This document shows, piece after piece, positions 24,780 through 38,490 of a DNA stretch of 64,000 bases (the stretch's first letter is position 1; each line of letters opens with the position of its first letter). Location of the stretch: assembly GCF_006345805.1 (NCBI RefSeq), contig NC_043007.1, positions 16,306,001-16,370,000 of the forward strand, in the 5' to 3' direction. The translations under genes were made by a program, and so were the position numbers. The stretch comes from Octopus sinensis. Taxonomy: Eukaryota. Under the pieces are notes generated by a model. The model was not told the origin of the DNA, did no database searches, and saw only the letters and a list, made by a program, of their open reading frames with translations.

Positions 24780-26125
24780 CAGAGTTATTAGTGAGGGATT
24801 ATCAGTCCGTCCCGGCAAAATACTTTATAAGTTCTGTGTTAGTTCACCAGGCTACCAATATTGTTTAGATTAGTAAAGAGCTCCGTGTATTCTTGTACCA
24901 AGTTCGAGGTTAAAGTTCATCACCATTCTCTATTGTAAATCCATTGCTGTGTTCCAATTATACTGGTTTTTATATACAAGGCAAGGCATAAATAATGGCC
25001 ATTGCATATTTTTCTTTATTGTAGTAAATTTGATTTAAAATTGTTTCCAGTAATCATTAATAGGTTCGTTATTGATAAGTTTATTCAATCTTCTCATTGA
25101 TCGATAGAGGAAGATTGAGCTACCTAGAAAAATCGATGGAGAAAAATTGAGCGACCTAGAAAATTAATGCTCTTTTCGTCAGAGTCATTTCTGGTTATGA
25201 CCAGGTAGAAAACTGAATGATAGAGGCATGAGGAGGGGACCGAAAACGGAGAATAAGAATAAGTATATGATGGCTCAGTGGTTAGAGCGTCGAGCTTACG
25301 ATCGTGAGGTTGTGAGCTCGAATCTCGGACCGGGCTACGTGTTGTGTTCTCGAGCAAGGCACTTTATTTCACGTTGCTCCAGTTCACTCAGCTGTAGAAA
25401 TGAGTTGCGACGTCACAGGTGTCAAGCTGTATCGGCCCCTTTGCCTTTCCCTTGGATAACACTGGTGGCGTGGAGAGGGGAGGCTGGTATGCATGGGCGA
25501 CTGCTGGACTTCCATAAACAACCTTGCCCGGACTTGTGTCTAGGAGGGTAACTTTCTAGGTGCAATCCCATGGTCATTCATGACCGAAGGGAGTCTTTAC
25601 GCTTAATTGGGAGAAAAAGAGGAAAGGAGAAGAGAAATGGTGATTTGGAAAAGAAGGACTAAAGCGGAGAGAAGGAATGAAAGGATAAGGGGAAGGAATA
25701 GAAGAGGGGAAGCATTTGATAGCAAAAGGGACAGAAGATAACCGAAATTGATGAAGGGTGAGTCATGAAAACATTAGTGTTTGTAATTGGGTCCTCATAC
25801 ACGAAAACATTTGCATTGTGGAGGCACATGGCCTAGTGGTTAGAGCAGCGGACACGCGGTCGAAGGATCGTGGGTTCGAATCTCAGACCGGGCGATGTGT
25901 GTGTTTATGAGCGAAACACCTAAGCTCAACGCGGCTCCGGCAGAAGATAATGGCGAACTTCTGCTGACTCTTTCGCCACAACTTTCTCTCACTCTTTCCT
26001 CCTGAATCTTGCAGCTCACCTGCGACGGACCGGCGTCCCGTCCAGGTGGGGAACCTATACGGGAAACCGGCCCTTATGAGCCAGGCGTGGCTCGAAAAGG
26101 AACAAACAACAAACAACAAAAACAT

Positions 26126-26304
26126 TTTCATTGTCTTCAAGTCAAATACTATCCAGATATTGTGTTGAAATTTTATATAAGTCACTCACTCAGGCAAGTA
26201 CAAATGAACAAATATTAAAGATTTAAGTTCACCATGAGATTTAGTGGCCTATATCAAATTTCAACACAACAACTGCATAGTATTTGACCTGCAGACAATG
26301 CAAA
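26126..26304. repeat. Fold-back element with about 55-bp inverted arms
   Basis: cattgtct..gtcaaatactat..tgtgttgaaatt versus its reverse complement at 26250-26304. Confidence 0.75.
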
Positions 26305-26484
26305 TCGTGAAAACCAAACCCGTCACACTCATTCCTAAATAGTATCCTCTGCGCATATCTTCCTGCAGGTTTCTGCGGCTTCCTTGCTTTTTTAAAGTAA
26401 AAAAAAAGCATGAAGTGTCCATAATGTTCGTTTTGGCCTCTATTTTCAGGGTGGTCCCAAGTACAGAAAATATAACCCTGCTCT

Positions 26485-27132
26485 GGGATCCTTTCCGTTT
26501 TGCTGCACACGGGGAAATTTTAAAGCTTAGTGAAAATTTGAAAATTTGGTGTGTTGATGTAATTTTCCATGATGAATCTCAGGAAGTAATTCACTTTTTC
26601 CAGAAAAGTTGTTAAAAACAAGTTACAGAGGTTTAAAGCTTGATCATTCTTACCCAGTCGAAAAGCAAGATTTGGAACCTGTCATTTTGTGCGTGACAGC
26701 ATGTGTTGTCAACTGAAATATTGGCAGAATTTTGCTGTACATACGCCATGTAACCCCTCATAACTTTTTTTTATTTTGGGGAATTCATACGATTATGCAG
26801 AAAAATTTCGTGCGTGATCTAAGGCCTATTTAGCTGCTATTTCTAGAACATTTCATGATCATCTCATACTGCAAGTGTTTTAAGCATTTAATAAGCGATA
26901 AAAAAAACACGTGATAAGCAACTTGGCAACAGCTTGGCTTGTTGCTTTCGATTGGTTAAAATTTCCCAACATTTGCAAACTTCAAAAGTTATTAACTCTT
27001 TATTGATTTATGATGAAAATGAATTCCATGCCAATGATTACTTTACAAAACTACATCAATACACCAAATATGAAATCAATTGGAACAAAAATTGAAGAAA
27101 TTGAAAAGTGGCGGCCAAACAGAAAAGGTCCC
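26485..27132. mobile_element. Degenerate MITE with GGGAYC-type TIRs
   Basis: gggatcctttccgttttgctgcac and gcggccaaacagaaaaggtccc; TIR start resembles that of 47615-48028. Confidence 0.5.
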
Positions 27133-27820
27133 TGTCTTGCCGCAAGTTCGCATCAAACTACGCTGAAATGAGATGTATTTAACGAGCGTGCATGCTCAAG
27201 GGACAAACTGAAGTTAGCTACTTATTAGAGTGCTTGATGTTTAGTGTCGATAAAAACAGAATGAATTTTTTGGCAAACCCAATCGAAGACACTTGGCCAA
27301 AGTGTCGCGCAGTGGGACTGAACCCGAAACCTCGTGGCTGCAAAGTAAATTTCCTAACCGTATAGTCATGTCTGTGCCTTTGGTAAATAGAAAGAAAATA
27401 TCAAAGAAAAAGAAGTACAGAAAAACAAAGAGATCTAGAAGAAAAATGAAAGGAAGTTGAAGAAAAACAAACGATGACGATAAATGGTTGTGTTGATCGT
27501 TGTCATGATGGTGGTGGTGTTGGTGGTGGTGGTGGTGGTGGTGGTGGTGGTGACAGCGGCGGCGGCGGCGATGGTGATGACGATAGCGATGGTTATGATG
27601 GTGACGACGGTGATGATGGTAGCGGTGTTATGATAGCGATGATCTTGACGACGACGACAGAGATGGTGGTGATGGTGGTGACGATGATGTTTACTTGTTG
27701 TCATGGCAATAACAGAAATGGCGATGGTAACGTCTGTTTGTTTACGGGTGGAGTGGATGTTGTTAGTTAATGATGTTGAATGATGGCTATTATTTATTTG
27801 CTTGTTGTTGTTGTTGTTGC

Positions 27821-27851
<31 letters not shown>

Positions 27852-27997
27852 GGTTGAGATGGTGGTGGAGGAGGCGACAATGGAATTGTTCTTTCCTTTC
27901 CTTCCCGTGTGAGTTTTCACTATTCATTCTCTTTTTTTATAGTGATTTTATACAGATGAGAAATCATATTGCTTGCGCAATTTCCACGGATCCAAAT

Positions 27998-28290
<293 letters not shown>

Positions 28291-28294
28291 TATT

Positions 28295-29128
28295 TTCTTT
28301 TACGTGTTTCAGTCATTTTTGACAGTAGCCATGCTGGAGCACCGCCTTTTTGTCAAACATATCGACCCTCAAGACTTATTCTTTGTAAACCTGGAACTTA
28401 GTCTATCGTTCTCTTTTGCCGAACCACTAAGTTACGGAGGGCGTGAACACACCAGCATCGGTTGTCAAGAGATAGTGGGGGGGGGGACAAAAACAGACAC
28501 ACAAACACACACAGACAGACACACATATAACGGGCTTCTTTCAGTTTCCATCTACCAAACCCACTCACAAGGCTTTGGAAGGCCTGAGGCTATAGAAGAT
28601 ACTTGCCCAAGGTGCCACGCAGTGGGACTGAACCCAGAACCATGTGGTTGGGAAGCAAGCCTCTTCCCACACAGCCACGCCTGTACCTATATACTCTTTT
28701 ACTTCTTTTACCTATTTCAGTCATTTTGGCAGTGGCCATGCTGGAACACCGCCTTTTAGTTGAAGAAATCGATCCCAGCATTTATTCTGTCTGTGTTTGT
28801 GTTTGTATTAGATTGTTCCTAGACGGTATTGGTCTTTTAATGTTTCCTGTAAATCGTGTGTATATACACGACGGGCTTCCACACAGTTTCCATCTACCAT
28901 ATTTACTCACAAGGCATTAATCAGCCCTGGGTTATAGTAGAAATCACTTACCCATGATGCTGCAGAGAGGGACTGAACACGAAACCAGGTGGCTAGAAGG
29001 CGAGCTTCTTAAGAACACAGCCACTTATTCTATCGGTCTCTTTTGCCGAACCGCTAAGTTACGGGGACATAAACATACCAGCATCGGTTGTCAAGTGATT
29101 GTGAAGGGACAAACACAGACACAAACAC

Positions 29129-29212
<84 letters not shown>

Positions 29213-29221
29213 TATATATAT

Positions 29222-29252
<31 letters not shown>

Positions 29253-29850
29253 AAAGCAATAAAGATTCAAGTTAATTTAAATGAATTTACTTGAATATGG
29301 TACCTAACTTAGATGCACCAAAAAAAAACTATACTGTTTTAACAATACAGTAATGTGGGGTGATTATAAGCGAGAAAGAAGCAACAAGAATGGATAGGTT
29401 TTTAGTACAATCGTTTCATACAAGGACAGGCTTTATTAAAAGTTGCAAAAATATATATATATATATACGACAGGCTTCTTTCAGTTTCTGTCTACCAAAT
29501 CCACTCTCAAAGCTTTTTCAGCCTAAGGCTATAGTAGAGGACACTTGCCCTAGGTGCCACACAAAAGGACTGAACTTGGAACCATGTGGTTGGGAAGCAA
29601 GCTTCTTACCACACAGCCACGCCTAGGTATTCTTCTATTTATTTATTTTTTTGCCTGTTTCAGTCATTTGACTGCAGCCAGCTGGAGCACCGCTCTAAAG
29701 GCTTTTAGTCAAAGAAATCAACCCCAGGGTTTCTTTTTTTATAAGCTTAGTACTTAGTCTTTTGGGCTCCTTTGCCGAACCGCTAAATTACGGTGACATA
29801 AATACAGTAAAATCGGGTGTCAGTCGATCGTGAGGTGACAAACACACACA
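28295..29850 (-). mobile_element. Cluster of family C SINE copies and fragments
   Basis: Repeated acttgcccaaggtgccac..gggactgaac and gccgaaccgctaagttacgg blocks. Confidence 0.8.
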
Positions 29851-30048
29851 CACACTCACACACACACACATAAATATATATATATATATTGATAAAAATG
29901 GCAAGACAACAAAAGAATGAAAGAGATCTCGATGTTATGTAAATAGAGGAATTTCTCTGTAAATGTAATATGTGACAATTATTCTGTAGCCATGATGAAA
30001 CTCCGAGTTTCATCATGGCTACCGAATAAGTGGCTTATATATATATAA

Positions 30049-30085
<37 letters not shown>

Positions 30086-30087
<2 letters not shown>

Positions 30088-30293
30088 GTGACCGCGTGTG
30101 TACCGTTGGCGATTTTTTTCCTCCGTTTTCCCTTCTTTGGATCTTTCCTTTTCCTATGTTTCTGACGAAGAGCTCCGTTCGAAAAGTTAAATCCTCCTTC
30201 TTTCCTTCTTTCCTGAGCGTCCAATAATACTATATTTGTTCCACGTCCTCGCGTTGTTGTGTTTTCTCTTTGTGTTTTCATGTTTGGATTAAC

Positions 30294-30295
<2 letters not shown>
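30086..30295 (+). mobile_element. Penelope-like terminal-repeat remnant with a hammerhead motif at 30158-30192
   Basis: gttt-CTGACGA-a-GAGCtccGTTC-GAAA-agtt-aaat; intact core boxes; C15.2 changed to A. Confidence 0.6.
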
Positions 30296-30338
<43 letters not shown>

Positions 30339-30345
30339 CACACGC

Positions 30346-30427
<82 letters not shown>

Positions 30428-30983
30428 TATTCGCGGAACTGTTTGGCATCTAGTAGAATGGAAATTCACGGTACTTCTGCATGTATATATATTTGACCTA
30501 ACTTCTGGGCTTATTTAATTGGAACTATTCAAACATTCAAACAAGTAATCAATTTACATGAGTAGAATCTTTTTTTCTTTCTTTTTTTCTTCTTGTTTTG
30601 AACAATTTTCATCCTGAAAATCACCTGTTACTTTTGTTTTTTAAAGTGCAAGATAGAAGTGAATGGTGTATGAACGTGTATATGAAATAGACGTGCGTGA
30701 GTACGTGAGAGAGAGAGAGAGTGCCACTTACACATACATGAGAACACACACGTTGAGTCACTCACACACACACACACACACTCTCTCTATCTCTCTCTCA
30801 CTCTCTCAGACACACACATACACATGCACACACACATGCACACTTACAAAAAAGATGTACGCATATGTATTGATGTATGTACGTATACATGACAACACAT
30901 CTTTTCACTCACTCTGTCTTTCTCTTCCTCTCTTCCTGTCTCTCTTTCTCTCTTCCTCTCTCTTCCTCTCTGTTTCTCTCTTC

Positions 30984-31018
<35 letters not shown>

Positions 31019-31559
31019 ACGCACACACGTCCATTTCGTATACACGTACATACATCTTTTAGTTTCTCCTCTTTTTCACTTTAAAACAAAAGTAAATAAA
31101 TAAAATATTTTTATGGAAATTAATGAACTCTGGATGATGAAATAACATTCAGTTAAAAATATTTCTAAATGATTAAAATACTGTGTTCGTCAAAAAGTCA
31201 ACGGTTTTGTTTTTCTCAGAGAATGCGAAGACAATGTGTGTGTATATGTCACGGACAGCGAACGTGTGTTTGTGTTAATAGACACGCCATTACATTCATT
31301 ATATTTGTGTGTATTCTATATGTGTAGACGTCATGAAAGCCATGTATCTTTTACATCAAGAAATAATAAAAATTATGTTTAATCGTTTAAATAGAGGTTC
31401 AAATGTCACAAAAATTTGTACTGCACTGCCGAAGGTAAATATGAAAATAGATATGTAAAAAAAATAAGATTAAGTATACTATTTCTGAGATATTTCAGTT
31501 ACACACAAACATCCCTGGAGTTTTAGTATTATCATATATGTGTGTGTGTGTGTATTATG

Positions 31560-31636
<77 letters not shown>

Positions 31637-31729
31637 GAGATAACAAGGCCAATGCAATTTGACATACCTAGGACATTTATAAATAGAAAAGTGGTCTTAC
31701 AACTGTTTCAGGGAAATAAATAATATCCC

Positions 31730-32300
31730 ATCATCAGAGACGAGTTAAAATAGCTTCAATAGAAAGAATTAATAGAGTTATTAGAGAAGTATATTCGGAG
31801 CTGATTAAGTATAGTACAATGAGGCCCGTGACCTGGGCAGAGTCGGATGATCCCATAGTAATGTCGAAGAATTTGCTATAGTTATTCTTTGTGTTATAGG
31901 GGTTGGCCTGGCGTCGGAGCTTGTCCTCGAAAGAAATGAGCGGTTTTCGGGCGTTAGGAGTTATGTTAATTTCTAGTGGAGTTAGGTTAGTTAGATTCCT
32001 AGCTCGAAGGAGCGCTTTATTTAATAGTTTAGGGGAAATAGATGAGTAGTAATTATTTACATCAAATTGTAGGAATGAAGAAGAGTTTTTATTGATCAAG
32101 AGATGAACCATGTTATGACTTCACCTGTTCAGGACCATAGATTGACATTTAATTTCTCCTTGACAATTGGTATTACTTTATCCAGAATATTCTTACTTAT
32201 ATTTCTCAGATCAGATTTGGTAGGGCATATGAGGTGTATAGACGGTTTTGTTATGAAGTCCTTCTTATGATCCTTATGATCCGACAGCTGTTCCTTTTTG
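31730..32300 (-). pseudogene. Penelope-like element (PLE) reverse transcriptase fragment
   Basis: KDHKKDFITKPSIHLICPTKSDLRNISKNILD...FLQFDVNNYYSSIS..LLNKAL..ARK...FDITMGSSDSAQV; a typical PLE RT motif series. Confidence 0.85.
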
Positions 32301-33994
32301 TCGACACACTCAAAATAGCAGAGTGGATGTGTGGTAAAGGAGCTAGGTAGGATATTTCGCTTTCAATCCCACTGCGAAACATCTTGGACAAGTGTCTTCC
32401 ACTATAGACGCAAATTGACCAAAGCTTTCGTGAATGAATTTGGTAGACGGAAACTGCTTGTGTTTATGTTTGTGTTAGATTGTTCCTAGACAGTGTTGGT
32501 CTTTTAGTTTCCTGTAAATCGTGTGTATATATACGACGGGCTTCCACACAGTTTCCATCTACCATATTCACTCACAAGACAATAATCAGCCGGGGGCTAT
32601 AGTAGAAAACACTTACCCATGATGCTGCAGAGGGGGATTGAACATGAAATCAGGTGGTTGGAAGGTGAGCTTCTTAAGAACACAGCCATGTCTGCGATTC
32701 ATGTTTAAGACACAAAATGGCGAACGAGTAGAATCATTAGAGCATCAGAAAAAAAAATGACTTTCGGTCTTTCTTCTAACTCTTTACCTTCTGAGTTCAA
32801 ATCCGGCGGAGATCAACTTTGTACTTGCGTTTTATCGGCGTCAATAAAATGAAGTACTATTCAAATACTGGATCGATGTAATTGACTAACTACTACCACC
32901 ACCACCACCACCACCACACACCTTCAAAGCTGTTCGCCTTGTTCCTAGATCAGAAATCATTATTTATGTTTACGACACTAAAGCTGTAGTAATATAAGGA
33001 GAACTTTATGTGGTTGCTTGACTTGCTTGAAATAGAAGCTAAATCTTCAAATCACACGCTACCGATAAAAAATATATAGAAGCATTGAATAATGTAATCT
33101 TAAAAAGGGGACACTGTAATTAAATAAAAGACGGAGTAGCTTTGATCTTGTGCTTACTGTATCACAGTAACCTTGAAAAAAAAAACCAACCAGGACAGTA
33201 TAAAACATGATATCTTCTGGATATGCATTGATCATATTATTGATTTGTAAGGTTACATTTTGTCGTTAGACCGTTAACCTCATTTGATGTGTTGTATACT
33301 AAACTGCTTGACTAACGAGAAGACTGATGGTTGACTTAACATAGTAACTGCGTCGTGTAACTGAGTTGTGATTATTGATAAAGACACTGTTAGTACTTTG
33401 TGGCCTGAATCATCTGCCTTTACAAGTTATAAAAAATGCGTGGATAACCTTTTTCTAGAAGGCCGCATGGAACATGGCTCATCACTGCGCAGGCCGCCAC
33501 TACTATATATTTATAATGGTGATATCAGCGTGTTGTTTGAGCCCTTTTCTGTATATCATAAAGGATCAAAGGAAAATTGGCACAAATGAAAAATCATCAG
33601 CTACAGATTTAAAAATATAATTCCACGAAAAATAATAATAGCAAAATATAAACCAAAAATCAACGAACGGATACAACATGCTGCATGTCCAAATGGATGT
33701 AGCACTTATAAGCTTACATAGTTGTATGCGGTTTAGGAGCAGGAGTGGCTGTGTGGCAAGTAGCTTGCTTCCCAACCACATGGTTCCGGGTTCAGTCTCA
33801 CTGCCGGACACTTTGGGCGAGTGCCTTGTACTATAGCCTCGCGCCAACCAAAGCCTTGGGAGTGGATTTGGTAGACGGAAACTGAAAGAATCCCGTCGTG
33901 TATGTGTGTCTGTCTGTCTGTCTCTGTGTTTGTACCCCCACCATCGCTTGACAATCGATGTTGGTGTTTTTGCGTCCCCGTAACTTAGCTTTAA

Positions 33995-34960
33995 ATCATT
34001 TGAATGCTTGAATCAAGTGGTCCTGGCTCATTCTGGACATTACTCTGACTATGGCGGCTTTCAAAGAATTTTTTGTGTTATGGGCGTGTTCATTAACCTC
34101 TGTCTCTCAACAATGCCCCACATGTAATAGTCCAATGGATTGAGATTTGGGGAATTAGGAGGCCAAATGTTAGGGGTTATGTGATCATGAAACTTTCCAG
34201 CCATCCATTCCTGTGTTACTTGAGCCATGTGTGGTAGTGCAAAGTCTTACTGAAACACGTATGGCCTTCCATTGCATACACTGTCTATCCAGAGCTTAGC
34301 AATTATTTCTAGGACCTCAATGTAGGCAGCAGAGTTAACACTAAGGCCTTCTGGAAAGAAGTAAGGAGGCATCACATGTTCTTCATTGCTGACAACCCCT
34401 AAAACCATGACAGTTGCAACACTTGGAACTTCAGAAAGGTCTGTACATAACTATCTGTCGTTTCTTCTGTTAACTTTTTGACCTTAGTCCAAGTTTTTTT
34501 CGTTTGAGAAAAACCAAATCAAATCTTCTTCTGCTGGATTTTTCAGTTTAAGAACCTCTTAGATCTGATGTAGTGATTTTCTTTTACTTTTTCTAATAAA
34601 TTAACCTTTCCTCATCATATAAGACTTATATCTGATTTCTTCGTGGACAACATTTCTGATTGTTCCGTCTGACACATGGAGATCTTTTTCAATTGACCTC
34701 ATGGACTTTCTGAGATTGTAATCTGTTGAACTTGCTGGATAAATTCAAGTGTTCTGATGATTCCATAGAGTTTAGAATTCTTTTTATGCTTTAATTCTGG
34801 TGATACGTTGCCATTTTCAGTCTCTAACTCCTTACAAACTTTGTAGACGAAAAATCTAGCAACTTTTAAAATTCGAGACATTTCTAAATCGCTATGCGCA
34901 GCCTTTATAACCACAATAACAGCATACCAATTCATTTCTTGAGTAAGCCGAGGGTCTGCC
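33995..34960 (-). pseudogene. Tc1/mariner maT (DD37D-type) transposase remnant
   Basis: VMVLGVVSNEEHVMPPYFFPEGL..VFQ*D..WPPNSPNLNPLDYYMWG, plus an N-terminal HTH region. Confidence 0.85.
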
Positions 34961-35066
34961 ATTATTTTCTTAAACAAAGATAAGACAGAGTTAGCAAAAA
35001 ATGCAGCTATGACCCCAAAAAGGTATGGCCTCAAATACCTTACGTACCTTGTATGTGTGTATGTGT

Positions 35067-35106
<40 letters not shown>

Positions 35107-35659
35107 TGTGTGTGTGTTCGCGCGCTTGTGTGTATGACAGAGAGAGAAACAAAAAGAAAGAAAGAGATTCACATAAATATTATTGCATACTTATATATCT
35201 TTGAATTTTCCCATTTTCACATCAACCATTTGATTGATTGTCTGCTTAGGCTGAAATTGAGATCATCAATCATTATCCCAGCTTTCAAAAGATGATCGCA
35301 CTAAATAGAACTGACATAAAGACTTAAATTTATACTGTCACATTTCTATGATCATATCAGAACGAATCTAGCATTGTATATATATATATTATATGACAAT
35401 ATAAAACCACTGGTTTGTGACAAAAGATTTCGGGATTTCATTCAAGAGACTGAAATCTCGCTTGAACCAGATTTTATTTTCTATGCAGAACAAATAGATT
35501 CTCATTCGGTTAGGACATGAGCATTCCAGTCGTTCGATCAAGCAAACCACTTATTTATCGCACGTGTATGAAACGTTTTGGCGCTGCCTATTTGGCGCAT
35601 CTGATTCGACGCTAACTTACGTGACATCCTTTTCGTTTCAATATTTCTCTCATTCTCTC

Positions 35660-36075
35660 ATTCTCTGGCAGAAACATTAAGCACGCCGGGTGAAATGCTT
35701 ATCGGTATTTCGTCTGCCGCTACGTTCTGAGTTCAAATTCCGCCGAGGTCGACTTTGCCTTTCATCCTTTTGGGGTTGATAAATTAAGTACCAGTTACGC
35801 ACTGGGGTCGATATAATCGACTTAATCCTTTTATCAGTCCTTGTTTGTCCCCTCTATGTTTAGCCCCTTGTGGGTAGTAAAAAAATAGGTATTTCGTCTG
35901 CCGCTACATTCTGAGTTCAAATTCCGCCGAGGTCGACTTTGCCTTTCATCCTTTCGGGGTCGATTAAATAAGTACCAGTTACGTACTGGGGTCGATATAA
36001 TCGACTTAATCCGTTTGTCTGTCCTTGTTTGTCCCTTCTGTGTTTAGCCCCTTGTGGGTAGTAAAGAAATGGGTA
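35660..36075 (+). mobile_element. SINE family B dimer
   Basis: A full-head unit followed by a unit joined at aaaataggtatttcgtctgccg. Confidence 0.9.
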
Positions 36076-36852
36076 TAAGTCTTGAATAGAGCTTCGAGCA
36101 CACCAATGGCAAACTTTGAACAATTTTCTCATTTCAATTTATTTCGGGAATGTTTTGCCGCATAAAAAAGCATTTTTGAATACCAGTATAAGTGAACAGC
36201 AATTCGACACTCGCGGACAAGTTTTGAAAATGCCTTTCTCTGGGCCTGTGGTATGTTCAGCAGAAATGTATTGACACTATGTCAGGCCATGCAGTAAAAT
36301 TTTACTTATATGTCCTACTTTTTTATGGCTTTGTCAGAGGAGAAAGATGATATCCTTGACCTTGTACTGGTGCTTTTATGAGAGTATTCATTGATTTATT
36401 TTTCTGTTCAGAACAATTACTTAAAGAACTATTCATCAAAGTGGGTTTTTGTGCGAATGTGTGAATGTGTGAGTGTATGCGAGTGTACGTACAACAAATG
36501 TAGACAACTATTTACGCAGTTAATTAAAAGGGAGACATCTGGCCGTGGCTGTGTGAAGTCCTTTATCAATCTAAATATCTATACTTCGTCACGCACTGGT
36601 AGTCAAGCTAACTGTAACAAGCTAATGTTCCCAAATCATCACGGGAGAATTAGGTTGCTTTTTTAATATTAATAGGTCATTAACGAGTGGTCGAGACTGT
36701 ATCAATGGAGACCGCCGGACGACATCCCTGCCCCGGACTACATCCCTATCTACAGCAGTCGGGGCAGCGATGGCTATTCGCAATGCGAACTCGGCGAGTC
36801 GGAGTGGCTGTTCCAGCGCGTCTCACCATCCTTCGGGACAACGCCTTTTCTA

Positions 36853-37407
36853 TTGGGTTGTCCGGAAAGTTCGTGCCGATTGATAGTAGCTTACCTTCCG
36901 ACTTATTTTAGAACATAGTTAAGTCCATAAAATAGGATTTGACTACACCTCCATTTAGAGCGCAGTTTAAGCTATCTTTTCGTGGAAGAAGGTTTATCTT
37001 CCTATAACCTGTGTTAATTCTGTAACCCTTTAAAATGGAAGATAAGAAAGTTCATTTTCGACACTTGATGCTTTGGGAACCAGACAAAAATTGTTGCAGC
37101 TCGGCTGGGATGTGTTACCTCTACCCTCCATATTCACCAGATATTGCTCCTTCGGATTTCCACTTATTCAGGTCTCTACAGAATAGTCTTAATGGTAAAA
37201 ATTTCAATTCTTTGGATGACGCAAAAAGATACTTGATGAATTCTTTGTCATGAAACCACCTCAATTCTGGTAAGAGGGTTAAAGGAAAGATGGAGACGCA
37301 TTATGCAACAAACTGGTTCATATTTGGTTGATTAAAAATGTAATGGCAAGTATTTATTGACCTTTTCTTTCCTTTAAAAATCGGCACGAACTTTCCGGAC
37401 AACCCAA
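36853..37407 (+). mobile_element. Internally deleted mariner element (555 bp)
   Basis: TIRs ttgggttgtccggaaagttcgtgccgatt at both ends and TA TSDs. MEDKKVHFRHLMLWE is fused to PPYSPDIAPSDFHLFRSLQN, so the catalytic core is deleted. Confidence 0.95.
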
Positions 37408-38490
37408 TATTTTATTCGCCGAGACCATGAGGCAAATTAACAAGTCCTTTTAGTTATAACTGTTGTCTCTTAAGACCATGCTTCTAATGATATAAATAAA
37501 CGAAACTGGATTAATAATGAAATATTAACCAATATTACTTTGAGGTTTGGGATTCGAAACTTTTCATGGATCACTGCAGGTTAGATGTATACATAGTTAT
37601 TCTGTTGTTTGTTATTACTGTTGTTGTTAAGCGCCAGGTCAGTCCTAATCCAGTAGATTAATGTTCGTAATAACGGCCGGAGATTTTGAATATGAAAATC
37701 TATCTATTCTTAATTTTTATGTGACCCTGTAGGTCACTTCGCACTTGTAATGTCTCGACTAAGTCAAAGAAGGCGGTGAACTTGCAGAATCGTTATTATG
37801 CCGGGCAAAATGCTTTCATTTCATCCGCCCTTACGTTCTGAGTTCAATTTCCGCCGAGGTCGACTTTGCCTTTCATCTTTTCGGGATCAATAAGTTAAGT
37901 ACCAGTGAAACACTGGAGTCGATGTAATCGACTCGACTCCAAAATTTCAGGCTTTGTGCCTTTAGTAGAAAGGGTATTAAGTCCTCCCACTGCCGCTTGA
38001 CAACCGGTGTTGGCGTATTTACATCCCGTAACTTAGCGGTTCGGCAAAAAGAGTCCGATAGAGTAAATACCAGACTTTAAAAATAAAATTAGTACTGGAG
38101 TCGATTCATTCGACTAAAAATTCTTCAAGGTGGTGACCCAGCATGGCCGCACTCTAATGACTGGAACAAGTAAAAGATAAAAAATAAACAGTGAGTTCTC
38201 TCTCGTGTCTGAATGAGTAACCTTAAGTTTTTCTGTAATTTTTTTTAATATATGTGTGTGTGTGTGTGTTTTTATAGCTATTCATAGTTCCTTATTTGTA
38301 TATAAATTCTTTGTGTTTTATTTGTGCAACGTCCCAAACCCGCCTACTTTCTTTTCTCATATCTCTGTCTTCAACTTTCACATTCTGTATGCACCTCCTC
38401 ATGCCTCTTAACGTTTCACGTAATCGTATTTGTGAATGAATGAAATTGAATATAATTGCTTTCAATGACAAAATACAGAAACTGTTATTG

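Noticed and set aside
25149-25186. Minus-strand CTGACGA with a GAGC/GCTC stem
   Set aside because: No GAAA follows the stem.
35431-35460. Hairpin with the synthetic shRNA loop TTCAAGAGA
   Set aside because: The stem is only about 10 bp and there is no vector context; coincidence.
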